From positions 2,744 to 66,743 of the forward strand of contig JBKHAN010000007.1 of the NCBI GenBank assembly GCA_046542845.1: a stretch of DNA of 64,000 bases. The letters are read 5' to 3'. Below, in pieces: positions 39,414-49,130 of the stretch; the stretch's first letter is position 1, and each line of letters opens with the position of its first letter. Under the pieces are notes generated by a model, which searched no databases, had not been told where the DNA came from, and saw only the letters and a list, made by a program, of their open reading frames with translations. The translations under genes were made by a program, and so were the position numbers. The DNA comes from Spirochaetaceae bacterium (GTDB lineage Bacteria; Spirochaetota; Spirochaetia; DSM-27196; SKKC01).

Positions 39414-39507
39414 AAACCTCTTAATTTCACCCGAACATCCAATTATACCCGTTCACTTGGCTTCGTCAACGCAGTAAAAATACAGGGTGAACGCGCGGTC
39501 ACGATTG

Positions 39508-39516
39508 TGCTATTAT
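39508..39516 (+). promoter_or_regulatory. Extended -10 element (TGcTATTAT) 7 nt upstream of the rpe ATG
   Basis: TG (39508-39509), c, then TATTAT (39511-39516). The rpe ATG is at 39523. Only a weak -35 is present (TGAACG, 39488-39493). Confidence 0.3.
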
Positions 39517-39522
39517 CGGGGC

Positions 39523-40191
39523 ATGAATATCAGTGTTCCAAGCCTTGCTCCGAGCATCCTCTCAGCCGATTTTACCCGACTCGCCGACGAGATTCGGCGC
39601 GTTGAGCAGAGCGGGGCGGGCGTACTGCACCTCGACGTTATGGACGGTCATTTCGTCCCGAATCTTACCTTTGGTCCGAAGATGGTCGCAGACATTCGCG
39701 ACATTACTGATCTTCCGCTTGATGTGCACCTCATGATCACCAATCCGGAACAGTCGGTCGATTCATACATAGACGCAGGTGCCTCCGTCGTCACGTTTCA
39801 CGCGGAGGCGGTCGTGCACAGCCACCGGCTCGTCGACCGGATTCACGCTCTCGGTGCGCAGGCCGGACTCGCGATCGTCCCGTCGAGTCCATTGAGTATG
39901 GTGGAACCCATGCTTGAGGACATCGATCTGCTTCTGATAATGACGGTGAACCCGGGTTTTGGCGGGCAGAAGCTCATCCCATTCTGTGTCGATAAAATTC
40001 GAAGCGCTCACGCGCTTCGCAGCGAGCGCGGAGCACGGTTCCTTATCGAGTGCGATGGTGGCGTTAATGAGGTAACTACACCCGAGCTGCTGTCGGCAGG
40101 GACTGATATGCTGGTGGCCGGGAGCGCCTTTTTCGGCAGTGCCGACCCGGCGCGGCTCGTTTCACTGGTGCGGAATGGTGGGAAAACCTGA
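39523..40191 (+). CDS. rpe: Ribulose-phosphate 3-epimerase
   Basis: LAPSILSADF..L.....V...GA..LHLDVMDGHFVPNLTFGP, DVHLM, VTFH, MTVNPGFGGQ and DGG...T......AG....VAGSA. I prefer ATG 39523 over the track's GTG 39487. Confidence 0.9.
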   Translation: MNISVPSLAPSILSADFTRLADEIRRVEQSGAGVLHLDVMDGHFVPNLTFGPKMVADIRDITDLPLDVHLMITNPEQSVDSYIDAGASVVTFHAEAVVHSHRLVDRIHALGAQAGLAIVPSSPLSMVEPMLEDIDLLLIMTVNPGFGGQKLIPFCVDKIRSAHALRSERGARFLIECDGGVNEVTTPELLSAGTDMLVAGSAFFGSADPARLVSLVRNGGKT

Positions 40192-40284
40192 ACGTGAACG
40201 CACGCAAGCGCGTGTCCGTCATACCAGTCTCATTTCAGACCTTGGCCGAACATGACGACATATCAAGGAGAGGTGTATTCGATT

Positions 40285-41157
40285 ATGATGCAAGGACTAC
40301 GTCGTGCCGCCCTTACAGCAGCCGTGTTTCTCGCCGCGGGTTCGGTGAGTCTGGCTGCCGACTCTTTTACCGAAACATACAACTCGGCAATCGACGCGTT
40401 TGAGAGCCGCGACTTTGAGTCCGCGGCGTCCGGGTTTCGGGATGCAGCGTCGATCGGTACCGACGAGCAGAACGTTACAGCATGGTTCTGGGCCGGACGG
40501 TCGCATCTCGCGGCGTCTCAGCCGGAGGATGCGGAAGAAGCGTTTCAACAATATCTCCGGCAGGCCCCTGCGGATCACGAGTTCAGACCCGAAGCCCGGT
40601 ACCAGCTCGGACGGGTCGCGTTTCTTCAGGCGGATTTTCAGCGCGCACTGCGGGAGTTCGATGCATTCATCGCCGAGTACGAAGGCGAGCCGCTGGGCGG
40701 AAACGCGCTGTACTGGAGCGGAGAAAGCCTGCTTGCACTTGGCCGCACCGAGGAAGCAGCCATCCTTTTCTCCGCAGTCCTGTCCGACTATCCGGATAGT
40801 CCGCGTTTCGAAGCTGCGCGCTACCGCCGCGATGTCATAGAGCTTAGCCGGCGCGAGCAGGAGCTTATCGAGCTCCTCAGACTCAGTGCAGAGGAACAGG
40901 TACGGCTCGCCGAAGCCCTGCAGGCCGAACAGGCGGCAAACCGTGAAAACCGCGACGGAGCAGAGGCGGCAGCGTCAGATGAGCTCGCGCAGGCAGAACG
41001 GGAACTTGAAATCGCGCGTCGTGAGGTCGAGCAGGGACGACGTGAGGTCGAAGCCCTCACCGAAGAGCTGAATCAACGGATTGAAGCGGTAGAGCTTCAG
41101 CAGGAACTGCTGTCGCTTATCGGAGCATACGCCGACTGGATCGAGGAACAGGAGTAA
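40285..41157 (+). CDS. Secreted TPR protein (YbgF/CpoB-like TPR block) with C-terminal coiled coil
   Basis: Signal peptide (MMQGLRRAALTAAVFLAAGSVSLAA). The TPR block resembles YbgF (FDAFIAEYEGEPLGGNALYWSGESLLALGRTEEAAILFSAVLSDYPDSPRFEAARYR), followed by an E/R/Q/A coiled coil. A GGAG-type SD lies at 40265-40274. Confidence 0.65.
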   Translation: MMQGLRRAALTAAVFLAAGSVSLAADSFTETYNSAIDAFESRDFESAASGFRDAASIGTDEQNVTAWFWAGRSHLAASQPEDAEEAFQQYLRQAPADHEFRPEARYQLGRVAFLQADFQRALREFDAFIAEYEGEPLGGNALYWSGESLLALGRTEEAAILFSAVLSDYPDSPRFEAARYRRDVIELSRREQELIELLRLSAEEQVRLAEALQAEQAANRENRDGAEAAASDELAQAERELEIARREVEQGRREVEALTEELNQRIEAVELQQELLSLIGAYADWIEEQE

Positions 41158-41160
41158 GCA

Positions 41161-42441
41161 ATGAGAACGACAACAGGGCGAGCTGCATTACTGCGTACGA
41201 TCTGTCTCCTCCTGTTGATGTCGCAGGCTGCGCTTCTGTGGGCATCGGGGGACCGGGAACGCGATGCACCATTCGCTCCTGCATTCGGATCGCTTCCAGG
41301 CTGGGTGTATGAGAGCAGTGAAAACGGAAGTCCATCTATCCGCCTGCAGGAGGAGGCCGAGCCGGAGGCTTTCACCCTCTGGAACCCGGAGATGTCCGAG
41401 GGTCGGCTTCGAATAGATAACATGGTATACAACTTCGAGGATATTCTCGGAGACGATCTGATCGCACGAGCCGGCGGCCTCGAAATCACGTTCGGTGCGG
41501 CTATCGACGACGTGAGTCCGGATTTGAGCCTCGTCGTGATCACAACAGTCCTGGAAAACGCTGCCTCCCGTCCTCGCAGCGTAGGATTGCGGTTCGTACT
41601 GTCGCCCTCGCCACAACGGGAACAGCCAATACGCGCATTTCACCTTGCACCAGGCCTCCCCATAGAACTCGAAGAAACGACAGACGGAGGCACGAGCTTT
41701 ACGCCGCAGAGCCGTATTTTCGAACAGGAAACAAGTTTCGCAGCGGAAAGCAGCGAACAGGTGCTGATTCCGCTCGTCGGTCCGTCTGACTCGTATCGGA
41801 CCACGGCTCCGCCGATTGTCGCCTGGAACATAGCGAACGGCTCGGAAGCAGTACAGTACAGCGTTGCAAACCGAACCCGACTCCTCGAAAGTCCCTGGTC
41901 CTTTCAGACCGGACGAGCTCGTGACTTTTCCGTGGTGCCTGGGGCACCTCCCGATGCAGGCATAGGGATACGCTTCGCCGAACAGACACTCGCACCCGGG
42001 GAGACCGTTTCCTTCGAGTACTCCGTCTATATTCAAAATCAGAGTCCCGCCGTCGCGTCTGAATCGCAATCATCGACCGACGATGAAGCCGTTCCCAGCG
42101 GCGACGCATCGCAAGAGACCGAAACCGAACCGGCTCCAGAGCCGGCCGCCGATGCGTCCGAGGAGGCCGGGGGCGCGGAACCTTTGAGGTCGCCTCAGGA
42201 GGAAGCCGAACGCGAATCAGCCGATGCCGTGGTACCGGAGGACGATAATCAGAGCGCTTCACCGGCAGAAGAGCAGACCGAGCGAGCGTTCACCGAGCTC
42301 AACCGCGAGCTGAACAGACTCCGCGCCCTTCAACAGCGGGAAACACCGCCCACGCAGGAAGAGCTGGATGCAATTCGGGACACCATCGAACGTCTGAGAC
42401 AGGAGCTCGACAATGCGCGCCGGAGTGAAACGCAGGAATGA
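41161..42441 (+). CDS. Hypothetical secreted protein (beta-rich core, acidic tail, C-terminal coiled coil)
   Basis: 426-aa ORF starting 3 nt after the previous stop. It has a signal-like N-terminus (ALLRTICLLLLMSQAALLWASG) and an acidic S/E/A/P-rich tail, ending in a coiled coil (ELNRELNRLRALQQ...ERLRQELDNARR). Confidence 0.6.
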   Translation: MRTTTGRAALLRTICLLLLMSQAALLWASGDRERDAPFAPAFGSLPGWVYESSENGSPSIRLQEEAEPEAFTLWNPEMSEGRLRIDNMVYNFEDILGDDLIARAGGLEITFGAAIDDVSPDLSLVVITTVLENAASRPRSVGLRFVLSPSPQREQPIRAFHLAPGLPIELEETTDGGTSFTPQSRIFEQETSFAAESSEQVLIPLVGPSDSYRTTAPPIVAWNIANGSEAVQYSVANRTRLLESPWSFQTGRARDFSVVPGAPPDAGIGIRFAEQTLAPGETVSFEYSVYIQNQSPAVASESQSSTDDEAVPSGDASQETETEPAPEPAADASEEAGGAEPLRSPQEEAERESADAVVPEDDNQSASPAEEQTERAFTELNRELNRLRALQQRETPPTQEELDAIRDTIERLRQELDNARRSETQE

Positions 42442-43568
42442 AGCAGGAAAGCGCGTTGCGCACCGCTGAGCAGCACTATAGACGGCGACGCTACGCTCAG
42501 ACAATAAGCACGCTTGAACCGCAAATTTTTCTGTACCGCGAGAACGTTTTTTTCTTCCACCTCCTCGGTCTCGCGTGCATGAAGACCGGAGACCTCGGGG
42601 GCGCCCGTTCGTATCTGATGCGGGCCACACAGATCGACGCTGACGCGATTGCTCCGCGACTGGCCCTTGCTGCCTGCGATCTTGGTCGCAGCGACTCAAA
42701 GGAAGCCCTCCAGATGTGGCTCGAGATACTCGACGAAGATCCGGAGAACCGCTACGCACGAAAAGGTCTTGAGCTGCTTCGAAGCGGACTCACCGCGCCT
42801 GATGGTAGCGCAGTGAACGTCGGCGAGCAGATGCACAGGCTCTACCCGGACATCGAAAAGAGACGATACGATCCGAGGACGCTTCGTCTCGCGGGAATTC
42901 TGCTTGCGGTCGCGGCAATTATTACCGCATCGCTTGTGTATGCGCCACGAATCCGCACGCTCGTTCAGGAGCGTGGTCCGTTGCGCGACGGCAGTGAACT
43001 GACGGAGCTCTCAAGACGGAGTGATCTTGTGACGGAACCGGATGCCGACGAGCTCGACGCGTCAGATACACGGTACACGCTGAGCGATGCGGAGATACGC
43101 GAGACGTTTGACAGTCTCAGGACGTACTTCCTCGCCGAACGCGACAACATGGCCGCACGCGAAATAAATCGCATCGTCCATTCAAATGCGCGCGAGACGT
43201 TCAGGAATCAGGCCATCGCGCTTCGTGGCTATCTGCGAACTCCCTCGTTTGCCGATTTTACCGACGGGTTCGACCTTGACGCGGTTCGTTCGGACCCCGT
43301 CCTCTACGATGGCACGTATGTTCGGTGGCGTGGACGGTCGAGCAACCTCGAGGTCACCGACGAACGGGTACGTTTCGATTTCCTGGTGGGGTATGAGGAT
43401 CTCGTCAGCGTTGATGCCATCGTACCGGTCGTGTTCAACCGGGCCGTTCGCCTCGACCCCCAGCTCGCGATCGAACTGATCGGCAGGATACACTCGGATC
43501 CCGACAGCCCGGAGGGGTTTCGGATCGAGGGAACGTCCATACGGCTAATACGCGCTGCCGAAGGCTAG
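42438..43568 (+). CDS. TPR-containing single-pass membrane protein
   Basis: It overlaps the previous stop by 4 nt (ATGA). N-terminal TPR-like repeats (FFHLLGLACMKTGDLGGARSYLMRATQID) are followed by a TM helix (LAGILLAVAAIITASLVYAP) and a ~200-aa C-terminal domain. Confidence 0.6.
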   Translation: MKQESALRTAEQHYRRRRYAQTISTLEPQIFLYRENVFFFHLLGLACMKTGDLGGARSYLMRATQIDADAIAPRLALAACDLGRSDSKEALQMWLEILDEDPENRYARKGLELLRSGLTAPDGSAVNVGEQMHRLYPDIEKRRYDPRTLRLAGILLAVAAIITASLVYAPRIRTLVQERGPLRDGSELTELSRRSDLVTEPDADELDASDTRYTLSDAEIRETFDSLRTYFLAERDNMAAREINRIVHSNARETFRNQAIALRGYLRTPSFADFTDGFDLDAVRSDPVLYDGTYVRWRGRSSNLEVTDERVRFDFLVGYEDLVSVDAIVPVVFNRAVRLDPQLAIELIGRIHSDPDSPEGFRIEGTSIRLIRAAEG

Positions 43569-43600
43569 GGCATCCATTCCACAAGCACATGGAGACGTGC

Positions 43601-44050
43601 ATGCGAGCAGTTGTGACAAGGGTATCCCACGCACGAGTCACGTGCAGGGGATCCGTCTCGGGAGAGATTCAGGGCGGGATCATGGCGCTCGTCGGTATAT
43701 CCACGCAGGATCGTGAAGACGATGTGAATTATATCGCGCGGAAGATACACGGGCTGCGCATTTTTGACGATGCGGACGGGGTCATGAACCAGAGCATCGC
43801 CGAGGCAGGCGGTTCGGTGCTGCTTATCTCGCAGTTCACGCTTTACGGGAACGCCAGGAAAGGCAGGCGCCCGTCATATAACCAGGCAGCAGCCGGTGCG
43901 TACGCGCGTCCACTATTCGACGCTCTCGTGCAGAAGCTGTCGGACTACGGTCTGCATGTGGAAACCGGTGTCTTCGGTGGTCCGATGTCCGTCGAGAGTA
44001 CAAACGAAGGGCCTGTCACCATACTGCTCAGCTCCGAGGGGGAGTTCTGA
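43601..44050 (+). CDS. dtd: D-aminoacyl-tRNA deacylase
   Basis: MRAVVTRV..A.V, LVGIS..D, KI..LRIF.D, LLISQFTL and NEGPVTILL. I chose ATG 43601, preceded by GGAGA. The track start is 43589. Confidence 0.88.
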   Translation: MRAVVTRVSHARVTCRGSVSGEIQGGIMALVGISTQDREDDVNYIARKIHGLRIFDDADGVMNQSIAEAGGSVLLISQFTLYGNARKGRRPSYNQAAAGAYARPLFDALVQKLSDYGLHVETGVFGGPMSVESTNEGPVTILLSSEGEF

Positions 44051-44075
44051 TGTGTGGCTCCTCGGCAGCGCCCGA

Positions 44076-45179
44076 TTATATGAACAGTTTCATGGAACTG
44101 AGATAGTTCCACGCGTCGAATGGTTCGAAGAAGGGTGCCAGGGATTTCTCCTCGTGAATGCGCATGATTATTTCGGCGCTCAGTCTCGCACTCGACACAA
44201 CGTGCAGAAACGGCATCGCTTCCCTGACATGCGGCGGGCAGGCGACTGTATCGGTGCATACGATGCTCGATAGTAAGCCTTCGTTGTAGAGCTCCTGCAG
44301 CCGCGAAAGGGCGGGGCCGCTGAAAACAGGGTGTATTGCCGCGATGTGTATGTTCCCCACCTTGCGTTTTTTCAATTCCTTCACGAGGGTGTAGACCGAA
44401 CCGCCGGTATCGATCATATCGTCTACGATCCATACCGTTTTCCCTTCAACGGGAGAATCCGAGAGTATATTTATGCCCTCAACCGTATTGGCCTTGTGAT
44501 AGTTCCGTGTCTTGTGCGCAATCATGAGTTTTGCGCCGAAGGCTCTCGCGTATGTTCTTGCGACGCTCTCTCCTCCGGCATCCACAGAACAGAACAGCCA
44601 GTCCTCCGCGACGGTTTGTTCGAGGGTTTCCATGGTCTTGATATAGTTATCACTTATGTATTCTTCGAGCAGGGCGTTCGCCGGGACGTCGTCAATAGCG
44701 CATACCGCCGGGTCGAATACAGTCCGCGACTTATCGCTGTGAAGCTGGTAGGTAATAAAGTGGTCGATACCGAGGGTTGTGAGTGTCTTGTAATGCATAA
44801 ACAGCCCGACCGAATTACGACGGGTCGTCCTGTCACTTCGCGAGCAGCTGCAGTAGGGCTCAAAAAGCGTGATACGCGAGGGCTGTGCCCGTCTGAGCGC
44901 GTCGATCGTGTGGTACAACTCCATTTTCGAGTCGGCAACCGACAGTTGCTTGGCGTTCCGACCGGAGTTGGCGAACAGGAATACGTCCTTTCCCCGCACA
45001 GACGAATGCACTTCAACTTCCATCTCTCCATCGGCAAACGAAAGCGTGCGAAGTTTGCCCATATAGTTCCCGGCTTTTACTTCCGAATGAAAATCGGGAA
45101 ACGTCTCAAGCTGGTACGCGACTCGCTGTACGTAGTCCTCCATACTGCGGGTAGAACAAAGGGCGAAATTTCCTCTCAT
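44076..45179 (-). CDS. prs: Ribose-phosphate pyrophosphokinase family protein (long, divergent form)
   Basis: FADGEMEVEVHSSVRGKDVFLF, MELYHTIDALRRAQPSRITLFEPY, an SRSDR in place of ARQDR, and the PRPP loop VWIVDDMIDTGGSV. At 367 aa it is longer than typical Prs because of insertions. Confidence 0.7.
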   Translation of the reverse strand: MRGNFALCSTRSMEDYVQRVAYQLETFPDFHSEVKAGNYMGKLRTLSFADGEMEVEVHSSVRGKDVFLFANSGRNAKQLSVADSKMELYHTIDALRRAQPSRITLFEPYCSCSRSDRTTRRNSVGLFMHYKTLTTLGIDHFITYQLHSDKSRTVFDPAVCAIDDVPANALLEEYISDNYIKTMETLEQTVAEDWLFCSVDAGGESVARTYARAFGAKLMIAHKTRNYHKANTVEGINILSDSPVEGKTVWIVDDMIDTGGSVYTLVKELKKRKVGNIHIAAIHPVFSGPALSRLQELYNEGLLSSIVCTDTVACPPHVREAMPFLHVVSSARLSAEIIMRIHEEKSLAPFFEPFDAWNYLSSMKLFI

Positions 45180-45218
45180 ATGGCTTCTGTGTGCTGCATG
45201 GGTTTTACGGTCCGTATC

Positions 45219-45938
45219 TTAGTCGGCAGCCGTCGAAGAGTCAATCGAAGCTTCTATGCGAGACCTCGCCTCGCGCGCAGCGATCACGACATCGCGATTG
45301 CGTGAGGTCTGCTCGATAAGAACGGTAACGCGGAGAAAAACGCGTTCCGGCAGCATTTCAACCGCCTCGAGCCAGGCAATCACACCCGCTGCTTCATCCA
45401 CCGGCAGTCGGCCGGCGTGTTCGTCGAGCTCACGAGCTATCCGGTGACCCTCGCGCTGAAGACTCAGACGCCAGGTGGAATCGGTTCGCGTTATGGCACC
45501 CGTCCTCAGCAGGACTTCCCGGAGCCCTGAAGGCATCGTCGCCACCGTATCCTGAAACCGCCGCAACGATTCGCCGAGACTGGGCTCCACAGCGTCTCCT
45601 CGCCTCAGTACGGTAAACGCGCCCTCAGCGAGCACGCGCAGGATGTTCAGCCGCTCATGAGCCCGAAGCCCGAGCGTCGCCTCGTGAAAAACGCGAATCG
45701 CACTCGCAAGCTCCCCGGCGTCCCCGCGGGCAGCGATACCGGAGGCAGCCCCGTAAGCCTCGGAAAACGGACCGCGTCCGGCATACAAGCGCAACAGGTA
45801 CACATCGTCGGTGACAGGCGGGTCGGAGGCGTACGCGGTCAGGGGAACGACGCACAGCGCGACAACGATTAACAGAACCGCAATTGACCGGCGTGGGTCC
45901 GAGAGATAGTATGAAGAAAAGAGCAATCGCTCGTTCAT
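45219..45938 (-). CDS. Hypothetical secreted protein
   Basis: 239-aa ORF with a signal/TM segment (IAVLLIVVALCVVPLTAYAS). It is upstream of and co-oriented with prs across a 39-nt gap. I recognise no motif. Confidence 0.55.
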   Translation of the reverse strand: MNERLLFSSYYLSDPRRSIAVLLIVVALCVVPLTAYASDPPVTDDVYLLRLYAGRGPFSEAYGAASGIAARGDAGELASAIRVFHEATLGLRAHERLNILRVLAEGAFTVLRRGDAVEPSLGESLRRFQDTVATMPSGLREVLLRTGAITRTDSTWRLSLQREGHRIARELDEHAGRLPVDEAAGVIAWLEAVEMLPERVFLRVTVLIEQTSRNRDVVIAAREARSRIEASIDSSTAAD

Positions 45939-46002
45939 TTCACCCCGTAGTATATAATATCAGCCGGATGCGGCATAGAATTTCGCTACGGAAGGGGTTT
46001 AC

Positions 46003-47196
46003 ATGGCAAAGAAAGAATCGACAACGCCGACGACGGAAAAACAGAATACCGGGGAAGAGAAACAGCGGGCGATAGAAGCCGCTCGGCTTCAGATCGAGAA
46101 GCAGTTTGGTAAGGGCTCCCTCATGAAACTCGGCACCGGCGTGCAGGGTATCGGAATAGGGACAATACCATCAGGCGCAATAATGCTCGATGAAGCGCTC
46201 GGTCTCGGTGGCTACCCGCGCGGGCGCGTAATCGAGATATATGGACCGGAAAGCTCCGGTAAAACGACGCTTGCGTTGCATGCAATCGCACAGGCGCAGA
46301 AATCCGGGGGCATTGCCGCCTTCGTTGACGCGGAACACGCGCTTGACCCGAGCTACGCGCGCAATCTCGGTGTGAATATCGACGAGCTGTGGGTCAGTCA
46401 GCCGGACACCGGAGAACAGGCGCTTGAAATCACCGAGAGCCTCGTACGCTCGGGCGCGGTCGACATCATTGTCGTGGACTCAGTCGCGGCGTTGACGCCG
46501 CAGGCAGAAATCGACGGCGACATGGGCGACAGTCACATGGGGCTTCAGGCCCGCCTCATGAGTCAGGCGCTGCGAAAGCTCACCGGGACCATACACAAAT
46601 CTGGAACCTGTCTTATTTTTATCAACCAGATACGCATGAAAATTGGTGTCATGTTCGGGAACCCCGAAACAACAACCGGCGGAAAAGCCTTGAAATTCTA
46701 CTCATCGGTTCGCCTTGAAGTCCGTAAAATAGAGACAATTTCGAAAGGTTCCGAAGACGCAATCGGTAACAAGGTTCGCGTGAAGGTCGTAAAAAATAAA
46801 GTCGCGTCTCCTTTCCGAAAATGCGAGTTGGAGATCATCTTCGGCAAGGGACTATCGGAAAGCGGAAGCCTCCTCGATGCTGCGTTGAAACACGATCTCA
46901 TCGCGAAAAGCGGGAGCTGGTACAGCTACGGAGAGGATCGTATCGGGCAGGGGAGAGACAACGCGAAACAGTTTCTCGAAGAGAACAGCGATATCGCGAT
47001 ACGTCTTGAATCATCGCTCAGGGACATAATGTTTGGTCATCTCAAGGCGCAGCCCACGGAAAACGGCGAGGCGAAGGATGCGGCGGGTCCGGACGACGGA
47101 GTGGAGCCGAAGAGCACGCCGAAGTCCAAAGCGAAAGCTCCGGCGGCGACCTCCACCGCGGCCGATGTCTCCATACCGGACGACGAGCTGTTTTAG
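46003..47196 (+). CDS. recA: Recombinase RecA with extended C-terminal tail
   Basis: [12 protein letters not shown], Walker [22 protein letters not shown]....L.VSQPD.GEQALEI and [16 protein letters not shown] lies upstream of the ATG. At 397 aa it is ~45 aa longer than typical RecA. Confidence 0.92.
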   Translation: MAKKESTTPTTEKQNTGEEKQRAIEAARLQIEKQFGKGSLMKLGTGVQGIGIGTIPSGAIMLDEALGLGGYPRGRVIEIYGPESSGKTTLALHAIAQAQKSGGIAAFVDAEHALDPSYARNLGVNIDELWVSQPDTGEQALEITESLVRSGAVDIIVVDSVAALTPQAEIDGDMGDSHMGLQARLMSQALRKLTGTIHKSGTCLIFINQIRMKIGVMFGNPETTTGGKALKFYSSVRLEVRKIETISKGSEDAIGNKVRVKVVKNKVASPFRKCELEIIFGKGLSESGSLLDAALKHDLIAKSGSWYSYGEDRIGQGRDNAKQFLEENSDIAIRLESSLRDIMFGHLKAQPTENGEAKDAAGPDDGVEPKSTPKSKAKAPAATSTAADVSIPDDELF

Positions 47197-47214
47197 ACCG
47201 GGCGGATACAATAC

Positions 47215-47757
47215 GTGAAGGATGAAAGGCCACAAACGCCCCGAGACCGGGCGTTTCTCGACACGGATCAGGTCGCGATAGGCATAGGATCCAACCTCGG
47301 CGACAGGTTGACACATATCCAATGCGCGTGCGCGAAACTCGCAACCCGCGTAACGGATATCGTCGCTTCCAGACTGTACGCGACCGAGCCGGTCGGTTAC
47401 ACGGAACAGGAGGAATTCCTCAACGCCGTCGTGGTCGGCCGCTGGCACGACGGCCCGCACCAGCTTCTTGACTTCCTGCAGGACATCGAGCGATCGGGAG
47501 GCAGGATTCGCGGGCAGGGGCCCCGATTCGGCCCTCGAACGATCGACCTCGATATTCTTTTGATTGGCCGGCAGACTCTTGACACCCCGGATCTGACGGT
47601 GCCCCATCCGCGAATGTACGAGCGCCGGTTTGTGCTCGATCCCCTGCTCGAACTGTACCCGGAACTTCTCGATCCGGCCAGTCGAACAGCTTTCTCGGTC
47701 TTCGCTCGGAGACTGCCACAGGCAGGTATTTACGAATACGGCGAGCCACCGATATAA
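47215..47757 (+). CDS. folK: 2-amino-4-hydroxy-6-hydroxymethyldihydropteridine diphosphokinase (HPPK)
   Basis: VAIGIGSNLGDR, S.LY.TEPVGY..Q..FLNAVV, RFGPRTIDLDILL, L..PHPRM.ER.FVL.PL. It uses a GTG start (47215). Confidence 0.85.
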   Translation: MKDERPQTPRDRAFLDTDQVAIGIGSNLGDRLTHIQCACAKLATRVTDIVASRLYATEPVGYTEQEEFLNAVVVGRWHDGPHQLLDFLQDIERSGGRIRGQGPRFGPRTIDLDILLIGRQTLDTPDLTVPHPRMYERRFVLDPLLELYPELLDPASRTAFSVFARRLPQAGIYEYGEPPI

Positions 47758-47797
47758 TCGTCTCCCCTCCACACAGGCGAGGCAGGAGCCGGTACGC

Positions 47798-48601
47798 ATG
47801 GAAATTGTCGAACAGGAAAACGCGAGCGATCAGGTGGATCGGGAGCACGTATCAGACGCACACCGGTTCAAACTGGGAGACTTTGAAGGGCCGCTTGACC
47901 TGCTCCTTTTTCTCATACGCCGGTCCGAAGTGAACATTTACGATATCCCTATCGCGCAGATCACCGAGCAGTATCTCGCATACCTGGAGTTCTCAACGAA
48001 AGTAGATCTCGACAGCATTACCGAGTTTTACGTACTCGCGAGCACACTCCTCTATATCAAATCCCGCATGCTGCTTCCCGTGGAGTCAGATCTCGACGAC
48101 GAGTTCGACGATCCACGTCAGGAGCTCGTTGAGCGGCTGATCGAGTATCAGAAGTACAAGAAGCTCACCGACCTCATGAAGGACCAGGAGGAACAGGCGG
48201 AGTGGTCCATAGAGCGAAAAAAGAAACAGCGAACGCTCGACTTTCTTGAAGACGAGGAGATGTGGGAAGAGCTCGACGTGTGGGATCTCCTTCAGACCTT
48301 CTCGCATCTCATGACCAATCTGACCCCCGAGCGCATCATCGACTTGTACGAAGAGGTGTCAATAAACGAAAAAGTTACCCTGATTACCGAGCTGCTTGAT
48401 ACGAAGGAGGAGTTCCTTTTCACCGACCTGATAGTCCGACCCGACTCATTTCTCGATGTTGTGTGCGCGTTTCTTGCTATACTCGATTCTGTCAAGGAAC
48501 GCCGTATTTCGATCTATCAGAACAGAATGTTTGGCGACATACGGATTCGTCGCTCCGAACGGAAAGCACCACAGGATCACAATAATGGAACTGAAGACTG
48601 A
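47798..48601 (+). CDS. scpA: Segregation and condensation protein A
   Basis: FEGPLDLLLFLIRRSEVNIYDIPIAQITEQYL is the ScpA signature. ATG 47798 has AGGAG at 47784-47788. The track start at 47630 lies inside folK. Confidence 0.88.
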   Translation: MEIVEQENASDQVDREHVSDAHRFKLGDFEGPLDLLLFLIRRSEVNIYDIPIAQITEQYLAYLEFSTKVDLDSITEFYVLASTLLYIKSRMLLPVESDLDDEFDDPRQELVERLIEYQKYKKLTDLMKDQEEQAEWSIERKKKQRTLDFLEDEEMWEELDVWDLLQTFSHLMTNLTPERIIDLYEEVSINEKVTLITELLDTKEEFLFTDLIVRPDSFLDVVCAFLAILDSVKERRISIYQNRMFGDIRIRRSERKAPQDHNNGTED

Positions 48602-49130
48602 GATATCGTTGATTGAGGCAATCCTTTTTCTCGAGAGCGAGCCGCAGGACACCGCGACGCTTGCCCGCATCAGCGGTCTTTCGAAAAACGTCGTAGAAGC
48701 ATGCACGGAGGCACTGCAGACCCGTCTCGCCGGCGAAGAATACGGCCTGGAGTTGCTGGATATCGGGGGCGGTTGGCTTCTGACCCCGAAGCGGCACTTG
48801 TGGGAGCAGTTGCGAACGCGATACGGTAAACGAAACGATAACAAGCTCAGCAAGGCTGCTTTGGAAACGCTGAGCATCATAGCCTATTCGCAGCCGGTCA
48901 CCAGGGCCGAGGTCGAAAACATTCGCGGGGTGCAGGCGGACAACATGATACGGCTGCTGCTTCAGCGGGAACTGATACAGGAAGTCGGGCGTAAGGATGC
49001 GCCCGGCAGACCCGTTCAGTTCGGTACCACGCGCAACTTTTTGAAGGTGTTTCGACTCTCGAGTATTTCCGAGCTTCCGAAACTCGACGAAGCTGATCGA
49101 AGGAGGTTCGAACTCGATGGCAAGGAATGA
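48585..49130 (+). CDS. scpB: Segregation and condensation protein B
   Basis: IEAILFLESEP........I.GL, the winged-helix pattern LS.AALETLSIIAY.QPVTRAEVE.IRGV and GRKD.PGRP..FGTT..FL. ATG 48585 overlaps the scpA end by 17 nt. Confidence 0.88.
   Translation: MELKTEISLIEAILFLESEPQDTATLARISGLSKNVVEACTEALQTRLAGEEYGLELLDIGGGWLLTPKRHLWEQLRTRYGKRNDNKLSKAALETLSIIAYSQPVTRAEVENIRGVQADNMIRLLLQRELIQEVGRKDAPGRPVQFGTTRNFLKVFRLSSISELPKLDEADRRRFELDGKE

Noticed and set aside
45939-46002. TATAAT at 45953-45958 upstream of recA, checked as a possible SOS (LexA) operator region.
   Set aside because: The -10 hexamer is plausible. I see no LexA-box-like palindrome and no convincing -35, so I make no regulatory claim.
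49105-49113. GGTTCGAAC, a tRNA T-loop-like string.
   Set aside because: The flanking sequence cannot form a T-arm or acceptor stem, and it lies inside the scpB/rluB overlap. No tRNA is present.
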